Program-made: the position numbers and the translations under genes | The notes under the pieces: model-generated | Seen by the model: the letters and a program-made list of their open reading frames with translations, nothing else | What the model was told of the DNA's origin: nothing | Database searches by the model: none | Part shown: positions 40,736 to 52,815 of the stretch, one piece after another | How positions within the stretch are numbered: the first letter of the stretch is position 1 | Layout: each line of letters begins with the position of its first letter | Source of the DNA: Vicinamibacterales bacterium | GTDB lineage: Bacteria > Acidobacteriota > Vicinamibacteria > Vicinamibacterales > CAVVIG01 | Assembly: GCA_040081555.1 (NCBI GenBank) | Contig: JBEBGG010000003.1 | Location: 628 to 64,627 of the forward strand | Length of the DNA stretch: 64,000 nt | Direction of reading: 5' to 3'

Positions 40736-41554
40736 ATGCGCGTCGGTCGCATTACGGCGGTCGGAATCGGGGTGCTGCTGGCCGCCTCCCTCGCGGCGGC
40801 CCAGTTTGGCCGCAGTCGCGGTGGCGTTGGCCGGCGTGCGGCGTTTGCAAAATCTGAAGACTTCGACGGCGGCTTCCAGTTCTGCCGCCTGGTGGTGCGT
40901 GAATCACGCCAGGGTGATGGTGCCGGCTGGAACGTCGACTACCCGCGCGCTGACATCAACCTCTCGATTCGGCTGTCCGAGCTGACCAAGACCTCCGTCA
41001 GCATGGATGAGGCCAGGGAACCGAAGATCCTCCTCGTCAACCTCGGCGCGCCCGAGCTGTTTCATTGCGGCTTCGTGATGTTGACCGAGCCCGGCGCCGC
41101 CTACTTCACGCCTGAGGAGGCCGCGAACCTCAAGAAGTATCTGCTGCAGGGTGGCTTTCTGTGGGCCGACGATTTCTGGGGCGAGTACGCCTGGGACTTC
41201 TTCGAGAACCAGATCCGCCAGGCGCTCCCGTCAACGACGTATCCGATTGTCGATCTACCCCGCACGCATCCGATCTTCATGCAGACACTCAACGCCACGC
41301 AGGTGCCGCAGATTCCCGGCATCGGCTACTGGGATGGCGGCGGCCGCACCTGGGAACGCAGCCGGCGGGAGAACCAGGCCCATTTCCGCGCCATCAACGA
41401 CGCACATGGCCGAATCATGGTGCTGTTCACGCACGATACCGACTTTGGCGATGCCTACGAACGCGAATCGGAGAACCCCGAGTACTTCATGAAGTTCTCC
41501 GTGCCCGGCTATGCGTTTGGCATCAACGTCATCACCTACGCGATGACCCACTGA
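40736..41554 (+). CDS. DUF4159 domain-containing protein
   Basis: ATG 40736 gives a signal peptide. 'GAGWNVDYPRADINL', 'KKYLLQGGFLWADDFWG', 'FAINVITYAMTH'-type C-terminus. The ORF extension from 40172 overlaps the M23 gene. Confidence 0.7.
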   Translation: MRVGRITAVGIGVLLAASLAAAQFGRSRGGVGRRAAFAKSEDFDGGFQFCRLVVRESRQGDGAGWNVDYPRADINLSIRLSELTKTSVSMDEAREPKILLVNLGAPELFHCGFVMLTEPGAAYFTPEEAANLKKYLLQGGFLWADDFWGEYAWDFFENQIRQALPSTTYPIVDLPRTHPIFMQTLNATQVPQIPGIGYWDGGGRTWERSRRENQAHFRAINDAHGRIMVLFTHDTDFGDAYERESENPEYFMKFSVPGYAFGINVITYAMTH

Positions 41555-41569
41555 CGTGAGGCACTCCTA

Positions 41570-42931
41570 GTGGCTGGCGTCAGCCGGACCGTCAACGCCG
41601 CCGCGCTCTGGGTGACGGCGTGTCTTGCACTGGTCTACCTCCCCGACATCGGACGCGGCTTCATCAAGGACGACTACGGCTGGATCGCCTCGAGCCATGT
41701 GACGGACCTCCACTCGCTGTGGCGAATGTTCACCACAACGCCGATGGGGTTCTATCGTCCGCTGGTCTCGCTATCGTTTGGCCTCAACGAGGTCGTCGCC
41801 ACGGGTCCCTTCACCTATGCGCTCACGAACCTGCTGCTGGTCGTCGCCATTGCCACCAGCATCTGGCGACTGGGCCAGCGTCTGGGCCTTCCCTCGGCCG
41901 CGGCGCTCTTCTCAGCGGCCGTGTGGGCGTTCAACATGCACGGCATCAACATGTCCGTGCTGTGGATCAGCGGCCGCACCTCGCTGCTCGGCACGTTGTT
42001 CGCGGTCCTGGCCGGACTCGCCTTCACGGCGTCACGACCGCTGCTGACCGGCCTGCTCACGCTGGCCGCGCTCTTGAGCAAAGAAGAACCGTTGCTCCTC
42101 CCCCTGGTGTTCGCTCTCTGGACGCTGATTGACACGCGCCGCCTGACGTTACTCGGCGGACAGCCAGCCCCACGCCTCCGGTCGCTCTGGCCGGCGGTGG
42201 CCGCGGTCGTGATCTATCTGGCGATGCGTTCGCAGACGGCTGCGCTCACCCCCGCCAACGCACCGGACTTCTATCGCCTCAGCGCCGCCGCCATCGGTGG
42301 CAACATGATCCAATACCTCGATCGGTCACTGACCTTCCCCGCCGCCCTGCTGCTACTCGGGTCCCTCGGGATCACGCGGCCCCTCTTCGCACTGACGGCG
42401 ACAGAGCGCGGAGTGCTCATGAAGGGTCTGGCGTGGCTGGTGCTCGGATTCGGCCTCACCATCATGCTGCCAGTCCGATCGAGCCTCTACGTGCTGCTGC
42501 CATCGGTCGGCTCGGCGCTGGCGGCGGGTGCCGTAGGCGCCGCGCTCTGGCGCAGCATGAAGCAGCCACGCCTCGCGCGCTGGGCTCTCGTCATGCTTCC
42601 GCTGGCACTGTGGCCGGTCTACCACTCCCGCAACGCGCGCATCCGGAACGAGGCCGTGCTCGCCAGCCACACGCTGACGACGATCGGCGAGACAGTCCGC
42701 CGTTCGCACCCGTCCAGCATCGTCATCATCTCCACACCCTCTGATCGCCCCTCGATCGCCGACGCGTTTGCCGAGGCACTGCCGATCGCGCTCACACTGT
42801 TTGTCCCTGAAGCCGCCGCAACCACGGTGACCGTTCGAACACACGGGAACGACACTCGACCGGGCGATGCGGTCTACGTCGTCAACGAAACCCGGTTGCA
42901 GCCCTTCGAAACGCCCGTAACCGTGAAGTAA
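41570..42931 (+). CDS. GT-C-fold membrane glycosyltransferase-like protein (ArnT/PMT_2-like)
   Basis: Polytopic. The first loop 'GRGFIKDDYGWI' resembles the acidic DD/DE motif of GT-C enzymes. GTG start. Confidence 0.55.
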   Translation: MAGVSRTVNAAALWVTACLALVYLPDIGRGFIKDDYGWIASSHVTDLHSLWRMFTTTPMGFYRPLVSLSFGLNEVVATGPFTYALTNLLLVVAIATSIWRLGQRLGLPSAAALFSAAVWAFNMHGINMSVLWISGRTSLLGTLFAVLAGLAFTASRPLLTGLLTLAALLSKEEPLLLPLVFALWTLIDTRRLTLLGGQPAPRLRSLWPAVAAVVIYLAMRSQTAALTPANAPDFYRLSAAAIGGNMIQYLDRSLTFPAALLLLGSLGITRPLFALTATERGVLMKGLAWLVLGFGLTIMLPVRSSLYVLLPSVGSALAAGAVGAALWRSMKQPRLARWALVMLPLALWPVYHSRNARIRNEAVLASHTLTTIGETVRRSHPSSIVIISTPSDRPSIADAFAEALPIALTLFVPEAAATTVTVRTHGNDTRPGDAVYVVNETRLQPFETPVTVK

Positions 42932-42954
42932 ACTCGTCTGGCCTCCGGCCACTG

Positions 42955-43716
42955 ATGAGTAGTACTGATTCTTCTCAAGGCGTCCTGTACATCGCGACAG
43001 GCGCGAAGTACATCCGCGCGGCCATTCGCTCAGCGGAAACCGTCCGGGCGCATTGCCCTGGCCTCGCCATCCATCTCTTTGCCGACTGGCAGCAGCACGG
43101 CTTCGACTTCGGCGCATCGCCACACCCGTTTTCGTCGGTCGAGCAGGTCACCGACCCGAATCGGCGCTCCAAAGTGGACTACATGGCACGCTCGCCGTTT
43201 GACCACACACTCTTTCTCGACACCGACACCGCGGTCGTGAGGGACGTCCGGGGCGTGTTCGGCCTACTCGACCGCTTCGACGTCGCGGCGAGCCACGCAC
43301 CCCGCCGTCCCACCTCGGGAAACCGCCACGTGTGGCGTGTGGCGATGCCGCATGCGTTTCCACAATTCAACAGCGGTGTCTTCCTGTTCCGAAAGTCGCC
43401 TGCTGTGGTGACGCTGCTTGACCAATGGCGGCACCACTATCACAGCGCGGGCTTCCCCCAGGATCAGGTGACGCTGCGAGAGCTCCTGTGGCTGAGCGAC
43501 CTGCGCATTGCGACGCTGCCGCCGGAATACAACGTCCGCTTCATGAAGTACCACTACATGTGGGCAAAGCGCGAAGCCTCAACGTACATCTTCCACCGCC
43601 GGCGCTATCACGACGGGCCGTTCTTTCGTGTGCACAAGTGGATCCGCAGAGTCCGCCGGGCGTTAGCTCGCAGGGGTCTTGGACCACGCCGCTGGCTGGA
43701 CGATGCGCCGAAATGA
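42955..43716 (+). CDS. nucleotide-diphospho-sugar transferase-like protein (GT8-like)
   Basis: 'LFLDTDTAVV' (DxD) and 'FNSGVFLF'. Confidence 0.55.
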   Translation: MSSTDSSQGVLYIATGAKYIRAAIRSAETVRAHCPGLAIHLFADWQQHGFDFGASPHPFSSVEQVTDPNRRSKVDYMARSPFDHTLFLDTDTAVVRDVRGVFGLLDRFDVAASHAPRRPTSGNRHVWRVAMPHAFPQFNSGVFLFRKSPAVVTLLDQWRHHYHSAGFPQDQVTLRELLWLSDLRIATLPPEYNVRFMKYHYMWAKREASTYIFHRRRYHDGPFFRVHKWIRRVRRALARRGLGPRRWLDDAPK

Positions 43717-44612
43717 CGTCTGCTGGGCCATTGCCCACCTTCCTCGTCATCGGCGCTGCCAAGGCAGGGACGACCACGCTGTACGAAATCCTGCGTCAGC
43801 ATCCACAGGTGTTCCTGCCGTCAACCAAGGAGCCGGCGTTCTTTTGCGACGACGAGTACTACGAGCAGGGCGCCGACTGGTATCGGCGGACGTATTTTGG
43901 CGGGGCTGGCGGCCGTGTGAGCGGCGAGGCCACCTCCACCTACCTGTTCTGGAGCGGCAAGGTCGTGCCACGGCTGCAACACACCTACGGCGCGCAGTTG
44001 CCACGCATCATCGCCATCTTCCGTGACCCGGTGGCGCTGGTCCACTCGTTCTACTGGCACAGCGTGCGTGAGGGGCGCGAAGATCTGGGCCTGCCAGAAG
44101 CACTCGCTGCAGAGCCTGAGCGGCTGGCCCAACACGACGCCTTCCTCCGTCGTCGCGGCCGCATCGTCTACAGCTACCGCCAGATTGCCCGATACGCGTC
44201 ACACCTCCAGCCGTTTCTCGCCAGCATTCCGCCAGCGCGCCGGCTCTTTCTGTTGACCGAGGATCTCAGGGATTCTGGCAGTCTGGTCAAGAAGCTGGAG
44301 GCGTTTCTCGAACTGGAGCAGACGGCGACGCTGCGGCCGGTTGTGAGTAACGCCGCCGCCTTGCCGAGAAGCCCGCAGTTGCACCGCTGGCTGCGGGGCC
44401 AGTCCCGGGTCAAGGACGCGGCAAAGCGCCTGCTGCCACGGAACGTGCGGCAATGGTTGAAGGCCCGCGCCATCGACGCCAATCTGAAGCCGTTTCAGAT
44501 TCCGCCGATCGACCCGACCATTGGCGACAACATCCGGCGCGGCTATGCCGAGGAAATGAAACGGCTCGAAGGCATCATCGGACGCGATCTGTCGCACTGG
44601 TACGCGACATGA
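43713..44612 (+). CDS. sulfotransferase (PAPS-dependent, Sulfotransfer_1/3-like)
   Basis: ATGA overlap with the upstream stop. 'FLVIGAAKAGTTTLYEIL' is the 5'-PSB loop. 'RDPVALVHSFYWH' is the 3'-PB region. Confidence 0.8.
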   Translation: MTSAGPLPTFLVIGAAKAGTTTLYEILRQHPQVFLPSTKEPAFFCDDEYYEQGADWYRRTYFGGAGGRVSGEATSTYLFWSGKVVPRLQHTYGAQLPRIIAIFRDPVALVHSFYWHSVREGREDLGLPEALAAEPERLAQHDAFLRRRGRIVYSYRQIARYASHLQPFLASIPPARRLFLLTEDLRDSGSLVKKLEAFLELEQTATLRPVVSNAAALPRSPQLHRWLRGQSRVKDAAKRLLPRNVRQWLKARAIDANLKPFQIPPIDPTIGDNIRRGYAEEMKRLEGIIGRDLSHWYAT

Positions 44613-45523
44613 CGACCACACCAGATGCTGGGCGCCCCCCCGACTGCATCATTATCGGCGCCGCAAAAGCGGGCACGACCTCGCTCTTCAACATGCTGTC
44701 TCAGCACCCGCAGGTTGCGGCGTCGCGCTTCAAGGAGGCAAAGTTCTTCAGCGACGATGCGCGGTTTGCCAAGGGGTGGGACTGGTACCAGGATGAGTAT
44801 TTTTCCGGCGCACAGGCGTCGCAGATGCGCCTCGATGCGACCCCTGCGTACTTGACGTGGAGCGACAAGACGGCGCCTCGCATCCTGGCCACCTACCGCC
44901 AGCAGCCGGTGAAGCTTGTGGCGATTCTTCGCGACCCGGTGGCGCGCACGTATTCGCACTATCGGCATCGCGTCAGCCTCGGGCACGACACGCTGTCCTT
45001 TCGAGAAGCCGTCGCCCAGGAAGACCAGCGACTGCGTGCGGACTGGGAGACGTTGTCGCGCACCGGCAATGGCAAGTTCGGCTACATCCGCGCCAGTTGC
45101 TATGCGACGCGCCTCACGCCCTTCTTCGACCTGTTCGACCGCCAGGCGATCCATGTCATGCTGCAGGACGATCTGGCGCCTGATCGCATCCACGAGACGG
45201 TTAGGCGGCTGCTGACGTTTCTCGATCTCGATAGCACCATCACTCTGCGTCCAGTGCACCTCAACGTGCCGACGCAGGCGCGTTCACAACTACTGGCCAG
45301 GCAGTACTGGCGTCTCAAGAAGACCGTGGCCAAGCGGATCGCGACGACGCTGATTCCGGCGTCGTGGCGCGAGCGAGCCGTTGGGCTCTTGTTTGCGGCG
45401 TCGACCAATCCACCGATGGAGCCCGATCTCGAGCGCATGCTTCGGCTTCGATTTGCCGACGAGGTCCGCGCGTGCGCGGCCCTGGTGCAGCGCGACCTGT
45501 CACACTGGCTCCCCTCGGCATGA
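44609..45523 (+). CDS. sulfotransferase (PAPS-dependent), paralog of the preceding gene
   Basis: ATGA overlap. 'CIIIGAAKAGTTSLFNML', 'RDPVARTYSHYRH'. Confidence 0.8.
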   Translation: MTTTPDAGRPPDCIIIGAAKAGTTSLFNMLSQHPQVAASRFKEAKFFSDDARFAKGWDWYQDEYFSGAQASQMRLDATPAYLTWSDKTAPRILATYRQQPVKLVAILRDPVARTYSHYRHRVSLGHDTLSFREAVAQEDQRLRADWETLSRTGNGKFGYIRASCYATRLTPFFDLFDRQAIHVMLQDDLAPDRIHETVRRLLTFLDLDSTITLRPVHLNVPTQARSQLLARQYWRLKKTVAKRIATTLIPASWRERAVGLLFAASTNPPMEPDLERMLRLRFADEVRACAALVQRDLSHWLPSA

Positions 45524-46638
45524 TCGCTCACGTGGCGGCACCCGCGCCTCACGTGGCGCTCGTGTTTTCGTCGTTGCAGGGCGCTGGCATCCAGCGCGTC
45601 ATGCTGACGCTGGCCGAAGGATTCATCGCCCGCGGCCTGCGAGTGGACCTTGTGGTGGTCAACGCTGCCGGCGCTCTGCGGCAGGACGTGCCGCCGCAGG
45701 CGCGGCTCGTCGATCTGCGCGCACGCGGCGCACTCCACGGACTGCCGGCGCTGGTCCGATACTTCCGCCGGGAACGGCCGCAGGCCGCGCTGTCCTCGCA
45801 GACCCATCACAACGTGGTCGCGATTGCGGCGCGGTGGCTGGCCGGCGTGCCGATGCGACTGGCGGTCAGCGTCCACGTCGCACTGGACGCGGTCCTCCGT
45901 GAATCGCCCGGCTGGAAGGAACGGACCTTTCCCCTGCTCGCCCGACTGCTCTACCCGCGCGCTGATGCGATCGTGGCCGTGTCCCAGGGAACAGCCGAAG
46001 GCTTCTCAAGAGCCACCGGCGTGCCGCTGGCCGCTGTCACCGTCATCCACAATCCCATCGTGACGCCGACGGTGTTCACCAGGGCGGCCATGCCGGTCGA
46101 CCATCCGTGGTGTGCAGACACCGAGCCGCCGCTATTGCTGTCGGTCGGCAGACTCACCCGCCAGAAGGACCACGACACACTGATTCGTGCCTTCGCGCTC
46201 GTCAGAGCCGCCAGACCAGCACGACTCATCATCCTGGGAGAGGGCGAAGATCGCCCGGCGCTCGAGCGCCTGGTCCACGCACTCGGGCTCGACGACGATG
46301 TGCAATTGCCTGGGTTCACGATCAACCCGCTGGCCTACATGGCCAACGCCAGGCTCTTTGTGTTGTCGTCGCGGTGGGAAGGATTTGGCAATGTGGTCGT
46401 CGAGGCGATGGCGTGCGGAACGCCCGTCGTCAGCACGGATTGCCCGAGCGGTCCGGCCGAGATTCTCGACGGCGGCGCGGTCGGCCGACTGACTCCCGTC
46501 GGCGACCCGAAGGCCCTCGCCGAGGCCATTTGCCTGGAACTCGACCACCCGACGCCGCCCGAGCGGCTGCGGGAGCGCGCCATGGCATTCACTGCCGACG
46601 CAGCCGTCGATCGCTACCTGCGCGTGTTGCTGCCATGA
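45520..46638 (+). CDS. family 4 glycosyltransferase
   Basis: ATGA overlap. 'GAGIQRVMLTLAEG', 'SVGRLTRQKDHDTLIRAF', 'FVLSSRWEGFGNVVVEAMACGTPVVSTD'. Confidence 0.85.
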   Translation: MIAHVAAPAPHVALVFSSLQGAGIQRVMLTLAEGFIARGLRVDLVVVNAAGALRQDVPPQARLVDLRARGALHGLPALVRYFRRERPQAALSSQTHHNVVAIAARWLAGVPMRLAVSVHVALDAVLRESPGWKERTFPLLARLLYPRADAIVAVSQGTAEGFSRATGVPLAAVTVIHNPIVTPTVFTRAAMPVDHPWCADTEPPLLLSVGRLTRQKDHDTLIRAFALVRAARPARLIILGEGEDRPALERLVHALGLDDDVQLPGFTINPLAYMANARLFVLSSRWEGFGNVVVEAMACGTPVVSTDCPSGPAEILDGGAVGRLTPVGDPKALAEAICLELDHPTPPERLRERAMAFTADAAVDRYLRVLLP

Positions 46639-47755
46639 AGGTCGTCCACGTCATCACCGACCTTCAGACGGGCGGAGCGCAGGTGATGCTGCGGCAACTC
46701 GTGCCCCGGCTGCAGGCATGCGGGGTCGAGAACACCATCGTCTCCCTCGGCGCCATCAGCCCGGACTTCGAAGGGCTGCGCACCATGGCCGGGCTCCACT
46801 CGCTGCACATGAGGGCCAAGGTCCCAAGCGTGTCGGCGCTGGTCCGCCTCAGGCGACTCCTGAGCGCCACACGGCCAGATGTGATTCACACCTGGCTGTA
46901 TCACGCCGATCTTCTGGGAGGACTGGCGGTGGTGCCGCCGGCCGTGGCGCCGGTCATTTGGGGCCTGCACCACACGCCGAGTCCCGCCGAACGTTTCAAG
47001 ACGACCACGGCGGCGATTGTGCGCCTCAACGCTGCGCTCTCGTCGTTGGTCCCGGCCCGCATCGTCTGTTGCGCGCATGCCTCGAAAGACGCCCACATCG
47101 CGCGTGGCTACGACAGCAGTCGGATGACCGTCATCTGCAACGGATTCGATTGTGACGCCTTCACGATTGCGCCCGAGTCCAGAGCCTCGTTGCGCCAGGA
47201 GCTCGGTCTTGCGGACGAGACGCCACTGGTGGCGCTGATGGCGCGGTTCCACCCGCAGAAAGACCACCGTACGTTCGTGCGGGCCGCCGCACAGCTGCAC
47301 CGCGTGAGGCCGGACGTGCACTTTGTGCTGGCAGGAGGCGGCGTGGACGATACCAACCTCGCCCTGCGTGACTGGATTTCCGCCACGCCGTGCGCAGACC
47401 GCTTTCATCTGCTCGGCCTGCGGCGCGACATGCCGCGGCTGATGGCGGCCGTCGACCTTCTGGCAAGTGCGGCGTGTTATGGCGAGGCCCTGCCGCTGGT
47501 CCTTGGCGAAGCGATGGCCTGCGGCGTCCCCTGCGTCACGACCGACGTCGGCGACTCGGCGCGGCTGGTCAGCGACACAGGGCGAGTCGTGCCACCAGGT
47601 GATGCCGACGCGATGGCCGGGGCCTGGGCCTCACTATTGAAGATGCCGCCCGACCAACGCCGTCAACTGGGCGAACAAGCCAGAGCGCGCATCCGCGAAC
47701 ACTTCTCGCTCTCCGGCTACGTGGCCGAGCATCTGGCGCTCTACGAGAGCGTCCG

Positions 47756-47759
<4 letters not shown>
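46635..47759 (+). CDS. family 4 glycosyltransferase
   Basis: ATGA overlap. '[10 protein letters not shown]', '[16 protein letters not shown]', '[29 protein letters not shown]'. Confidence 0.85.
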
Positions 47760-48745
<986 letters not shown>

Positions 48746-48770
48746 TACCCTCTCTTCATCGTGCCGCGCG

Positions 48771-49829
48771 CTATCGCCCGAGCGTCTCCATCTCGATCAC
48801 GAAGCGATACTTGACGTCGCTCTTGACCATGCGCGCATACGCCTCGTTGATCTGAGGCATCGCAATCTTCTCCACGTCGCAGACAATGCGCTTGTCGGCG
48901 CAGTAGTCGAGCATGGCCTGCGTCTCAGGAATGCCGCCAATCAGCGAGCCGGCAATGGCGCGACGCTCGAAAATCAACATGCCGGCGGTCGGCGACGGAT
49001 GCGGCAACTCCGGCACGCCCAACAGCACGAGAACCCCATCGCGCCTGAGCAGCGTCGTATACGCGTCCAGACTGTGCGAATACGCCACCGTATCCAGAAT
49101 CAGGTCGAAGGTGCGAACGTGCTGACGCATGGCCGCCGCGTCGGTCGACAAGACGACCTCGTCGGCACCGAGCCGCCTGGCGTCGTCCACCTTTCCGGGC
49201 GACGTGGTGAACAGCACCGTGTGCGCGCCAAGGGCGTGCGCAAACTTGAGGCCCATGTGACCCAGTCCGCCGAGGCCAACGATGCCGACTTTCTTGCCAG
49301 GGCCGGCCTCCCAGTGCACCAGCGGCGACCAGGTGGTGACGCCGGCACAGAGCAGCGGCGCCGCGGCCGCCATGTCCAACTCGGGCGAGATGTGCAGGCA
49401 GAAGTCCTGATGAACGACGATGTGGCTGGAGTAGCCGCCGTAGGTGTGATCGCCAGGCCGATGCGCATCGGGGCTGTTGTAGGTGTAGGTCGTCGAGCCG
49501 GTGTCGCAGTACTGCTCGAGCCCGGCGCGGCAGCTCGGGCACGTCCGACACGAGTCGACCATGCAACCCACGCCGGCCCGATCACCCACGGCGAACCCGC
49601 GCACGTTGCGCCCAACCGCCGAGACCCGGCCGACGATCTCATGCCCGGGCACGCACGGATACAGCGTACCGGCCCATTCACTTCGTACGGTGTGCAGGTC
49701 TGAATGGCAGACTCCGCAAAACAGAATCTCAATCTGGACGTCGTCTGGTCCGGGCTCGCGCCGCTCGACGGCAAACGGAACAAGCGGCGACGATTTGTCG
49801 TGGGCAGCGTAGGCGCGAGCAAGAGCCAT
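48771..49829 (-). CDS. zinc-dependent NAD(P)-alcohol dehydrogenase (YahK/cinnamyl-ADH-like)
   Basis: 'GVCHSDLH', 'GHEIVGRV', structural-zinc '[15 protein letters not shown]', '[16 protein letters not shown]'. Confidence 0.9.
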   Translation of the reverse strand: MALARAYAAHDKSSPLVPFAVERREPGPDDVQIEILFCGVCHSDLHTVRSEWAGTLYPCVPGHEIVGRVSAVGRNVRGFAVGDRAGVGCMVDSCRTCPSCRAGLEQYCDTGSTTYTYNSPDAHRPGDHTYGGYSSHIVVHQDFCLHISPELDMAAAAPLLCAGVTTWSPLVHWEAGPGKKVGIVGLGGLGHMGLKFAHALGAHTVLFTTSPGKVDDARRLGADEVVLSTDAAAMRQHVRTFDLILDTVAYSHSLDAYTTLLRRDGVLVLLGVPELPHPSPTAGMLIFERRAIAGSLIGGIPETQAMLDYCADKRIVCDVEKIAMPQINEAYARMVKSDVKYRFVIEMETLGR

Positions 49830-49875
49830 CGCGCTATTCTAGTGCCCGAATCTCTCACGCCTCGGTCTGACACCT

Positions 49876-51645
49876 ATGTCTCTGCTCTATAAATATCTGA
49901 AGGCCCACACGGCGCTTGTCGGTCTGGCGTTGGTGCTGGCCGCCATCAACCAGATCTTCTCGCTGCTCGATCCGCTGATCTTCCGGCATGTGATCGATGA
50001 GTATGCGACGCGCTTTTCCGACTACACCACCGGGCAGTTCTTCCGCGGCGTCAGCCTGCTGCTTGGCGCCGCGGTGGGCGTGGCGTTTGTGTCGAGGGTG
50101 GCCAAGAATTTTCAGGACTATTGCATCAGCGTCATCACGCAGCGCATCGGCGCACAGATTTATGCGGACGGGATCAGCCACTCACTGAAGCTGCCCTACG
50201 CGGTCTTCGAAGATCAGCGCAGCGGCGAAACCCTCGGGCGGCTGCAGAAGGTGCGCACCGACGTCGAGAAGCTCATTGCCATCTCGATCAACGTGCTGTT
50301 CACGTCGGTGGTCGGCATCATCTTCGTGGTGATCTACTCGTTCAGTGTCCACTGGGTGATTGCCCCGGTGTACTTCGCCACAGTGCCAGTGCTGGGCGTG
50401 CTCAGCTCGGTGCTGAGCCGAAAGATCAAGACGATTCAGAAGGTCATCGTCGCGGAAACCACGGCGCTGGCCGGGTCGACCACCGAATCGCTGCGCAACA
50501 TCGAACTGGTCAAGAGCCTGGGCCTGGCCGAACAGGAGATTGCCCGGCTCAACGCCACCACCGGCAAGATCCTCCAGCTCGAACTCAAGAAGGTGCGCTA
50601 CATCCGGAGCCTCAGTTTCATCCAGGGGACGACGGTGAACTTCCTGCGCACGAGCATCCTGTTCCTGATGCTCTATCTGATTTTCGCCAGGGCGATCACT
50701 GTCGGGCAGTTCTTCTCACTGTTCATCTATTCGTTCTTCATCTTTGGCCCGCTGCAGGAACTCGGCAACGTCATCAACGTGTATCGCGAGACCGAGGTCT
50801 CGCTCAACGCCTTCCGCGCCATTCTGCAGATGCCGCTGGAACCCAAGCCAGCCAACCCTGCTCCGGTGAAAGACCTCCAGCGCCTCACCTTCGAGCACGT
50901 CACGTTCAAGCATCAATCCGCGACCTCTCCGGCCCTCACCGACATCTCCTTCGAAGTGGAGCGCGGCGACACCATTGCCTTTGTCGGCCCCTCGGGCTCG
51001 GGCAAGACGACACTCGTGAAGCTGCTGGTCGGGCTGTACCCGCCGCAGTCTGGTGACATCCTCTACAACGGCCACAGCGCGGCCACCGTGGACCTCGACC
51101 AGCTGCGCGAACGTATCGGTTTCGTCACGCAGGACACGCAGCTCTTCTCTGGCTCGATTCGCGAGAACTTGCTGTTTGTGAACCCGACGGCCACCGACGC
51201 GCAGTGCCTCGAGGTGCTGCGTCAGGCGTCGTGCGACGGCCTGCTGGCGCGGGCAGAAAAGGGCCTGGACACGGTGATCGGCGAAGGGGGCGTGAAGGTG
51301 TCTGGCGGCGAGAAGCAACGCCTCTCGATTGCTCGGGCGTTGCTGCGCCGGCCGCATCTGCTGGTCTTCGACGAAGCGACCTCGTCGCTCGATTCACTGA
51401 CGGAAGAGGACATCACCACGACCATCCGCGAGGTTGGTGTCAATCGCGACGTCATGACGATTCTCATCGCCCACCGTCTGTCGACAATCATGCACGCCGA
51501 CCGCATCTTCGTCCTGGAGCGCGGCCGCATCGTCGAATCGGGCCCACACGCCGAGTTGCTCGAGCAGAAGGGCCTCTACTACGCGATGTGGCGCCAGCAG
51601 ATCGGCGAGCGCCGGCCGCAGGTCTCTCCGGCACTGAGGAGCTGA
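49876..51645 (+). CDS. ABC exporter, fused permease/ATPase (MsbA-like half transporter)
   Basis: Six N-terminal TM segments. Walker A 'GPSGSGKTT', signature 'VSGGEKQRLSIARA', Walker B 'LLVFDEATS'. Confidence 0.9.
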   Translation: MSLLYKYLKAHTALVGLALVLAAINQIFSLLDPLIFRHVIDEYATRFSDYTTGQFFRGVSLLLGAAVGVAFVSRVAKNFQDYCISVITQRIGAQIYADGISHSLKLPYAVFEDQRSGETLGRLQKVRTDVEKLIAISINVLFTSVVGIIFVVIYSFSVHWVIAPVYFATVPVLGVLSSVLSRKIKTIQKVIVAETTALAGSTTESLRNIELVKSLGLAEQEIARLNATTGKILQLELKKVRYIRSLSFIQGTTVNFLRTSILFLMLYLIFARAITVGQFFSLFIYSFFIFGPLQELGNVINVYRETEVSLNAFRAILQMPLEPKPANPAPVKDLQRLTFEHVTFKHQSATSPALTDISFEVERGDTIAFVGPSGSGKTTLVKLLVGLYPPQSGDILYNGHSAATVDLDQLRERIGFVTQDTQLFSGSIRENLLFVNPTATDAQCLEVLRQASCDGLLARAEKGLDTVIGEGGVKVSGGEKQRLSIARALLRRPHLLVFDEATSSLDSLTEEDITTTIREVGVNRDVMTILIAHRLSTIMHADRIFVLERGRIVESGPHAELLEQKGLYYAMWRQQIGERRPQVSPALRS

Positions 51646-51679
51646 CCGAAGCCGCTTCAGCTGGTCGCTGTCTCTGTAG

Positions 51680-52753
51680 TTAGGAGACCGGGCGTGAAGG
51701 GCGGCCGGCTGAGGGAGGCGGACCTTCGACGCGCTCGGGCGGTGCGGCGGAGACAATCGGGAGCGGCACGCCGTGCTGGTAGCGGCGCCACGTCTGCTCC
51801 ACCACGTCCGCCATCATGTCGAGAAACGCCGGCGCGTCGTTCACCGCGGCGGCGCGTGCCATCGGCAGGCCAAGATCCCGGCACGTATCTGCGGCTTCGT
51901 GATCGAGGTCGTAGAGGACCTCGACGTGATCGCAGAGAAACCCGATCGGACACAACACCGCGGCGGCCAGGCCGGCCGCGTGCTCAGCCCGCAAATAGTC
52001 ATTCACATCAGGTCCGAGCCACGGATCTTCGGGACGTCCGCTACGGCTCTGAAAGACCAGCGCCCAGTCGGCCATGCCGGCACGCTCGGCGACCCGGGCG
52101 GCGCTTTCAAGCAGCTGGCGCTTGTAGCCCGCCGCGCCACCCATGGACTCGGGAATACTGTGGGCCGTAAACACCAGGCGTGCACCGGCACGCACCGCCT
52201 CCGGCAAGCGACCGCGCGCGGTGGCCACGTTCGCCGCGTTGCTGTTGATGAAGCCCGGCGCCAGGTGCCAGTCCGCCACGTAGGTGACCTCGACGTCACG
52301 GCCGCCCTGTCCAACCACCGCCCCTCGCGCGTCAGTAACATTCTGCCGGTACTGCGTGCAGCTCGAGTACGACCGGTGTGCGGCGCAAATGAATCCCACG
52401 GCACGGCGGACGCCGGCCGCGGCCATCTCGCCCACCGTTTCCGGTAGCAGCGGGTGCCAGTTGCGCATGCCGAGGTACACGGGCACATCAATGCCGCGCG
52501 CGACCAAGCGGGTCTTCAGACCATCGGCTTGTCGACGCGTGATGGCGGTGAGCGGCGAGACACCGCCGAAGAGGTCGTAATGCTTCGCCACGGCCTCCAC
52601 TCGTTCAGCCGGGACACGACGGCCGCGCAGGACATTCGCGAGAAACGGGCGCACATCGTCTGGCCCCTCAGGGCCACCAAACGCAACGACAAGAACGGCG
52701 TCGAACGGACGAGTCATTGAACCTCGGTACAGTGCCGGAAGCGCCGGCGACAC
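51680..52753 (-). CDS. hemH: ferrochelatase
   Basis: 'VLVVAFGGPEGPDDVRPFLANVLRGRR', 'FTAHSIP', 'CPIGFLCDHVEVLYDLD'. The true start may be the internal ATG at 52717. Confidence 0.85.
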   Translation of the reverse strand: MSPALPALYRGSMTRPFDAVLVVAFGGPEGPDDVRPFLANVLRGRRVPAERVEAVAKHYDLFGGVSPLTAITRRQADGLKTRLVARGIDVPVYLGMRNWHPLLPETVGEMAAAGVRRAVGFICAAHRSYSSCTQYRQNVTDARGAVVGQGGRDVEVTYVADWHLAPGFINSNAANVATARGRLPEAVRAGARLVFTAHSIPESMGGAAGYKRQLLESAARVAERAGMADWALVFQSRSGRPEDPWLGPDVNDYLRAEHAAGLAAAVLCPIGFLCDHVEVLYDLDHEAADTCRDLGLPMARAAAVNDAPAFLDMMADVVEQTWRRYQHGVPLPIVSAAPPERVEGPPPSAGRPSRPVS

Positions 52754-52815
52754 GAATGTGCGTTAGTGTATGCCGTCACGGGCACCGGGGGGTGCCGGCG
52801 TGCTGGAGGAATTGA

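Noticed and set aside
40172-41554. Long N-terminal extensions in the ORF track: 40172, 43425, 44453, 45364, 46107, 24171, 9238, 15314, 33696(-), 33172(-), 62030, 60531, 63342, 53389, 19402.
   Set aside because: The extensions overlap the preceding well-supported gene and are low-complexity. Internal ATG/GTG starts give signal peptides or canonical N-termini and often form ATGA/GTGA overlaps with the upstream stop. The shorter coordinates were used.
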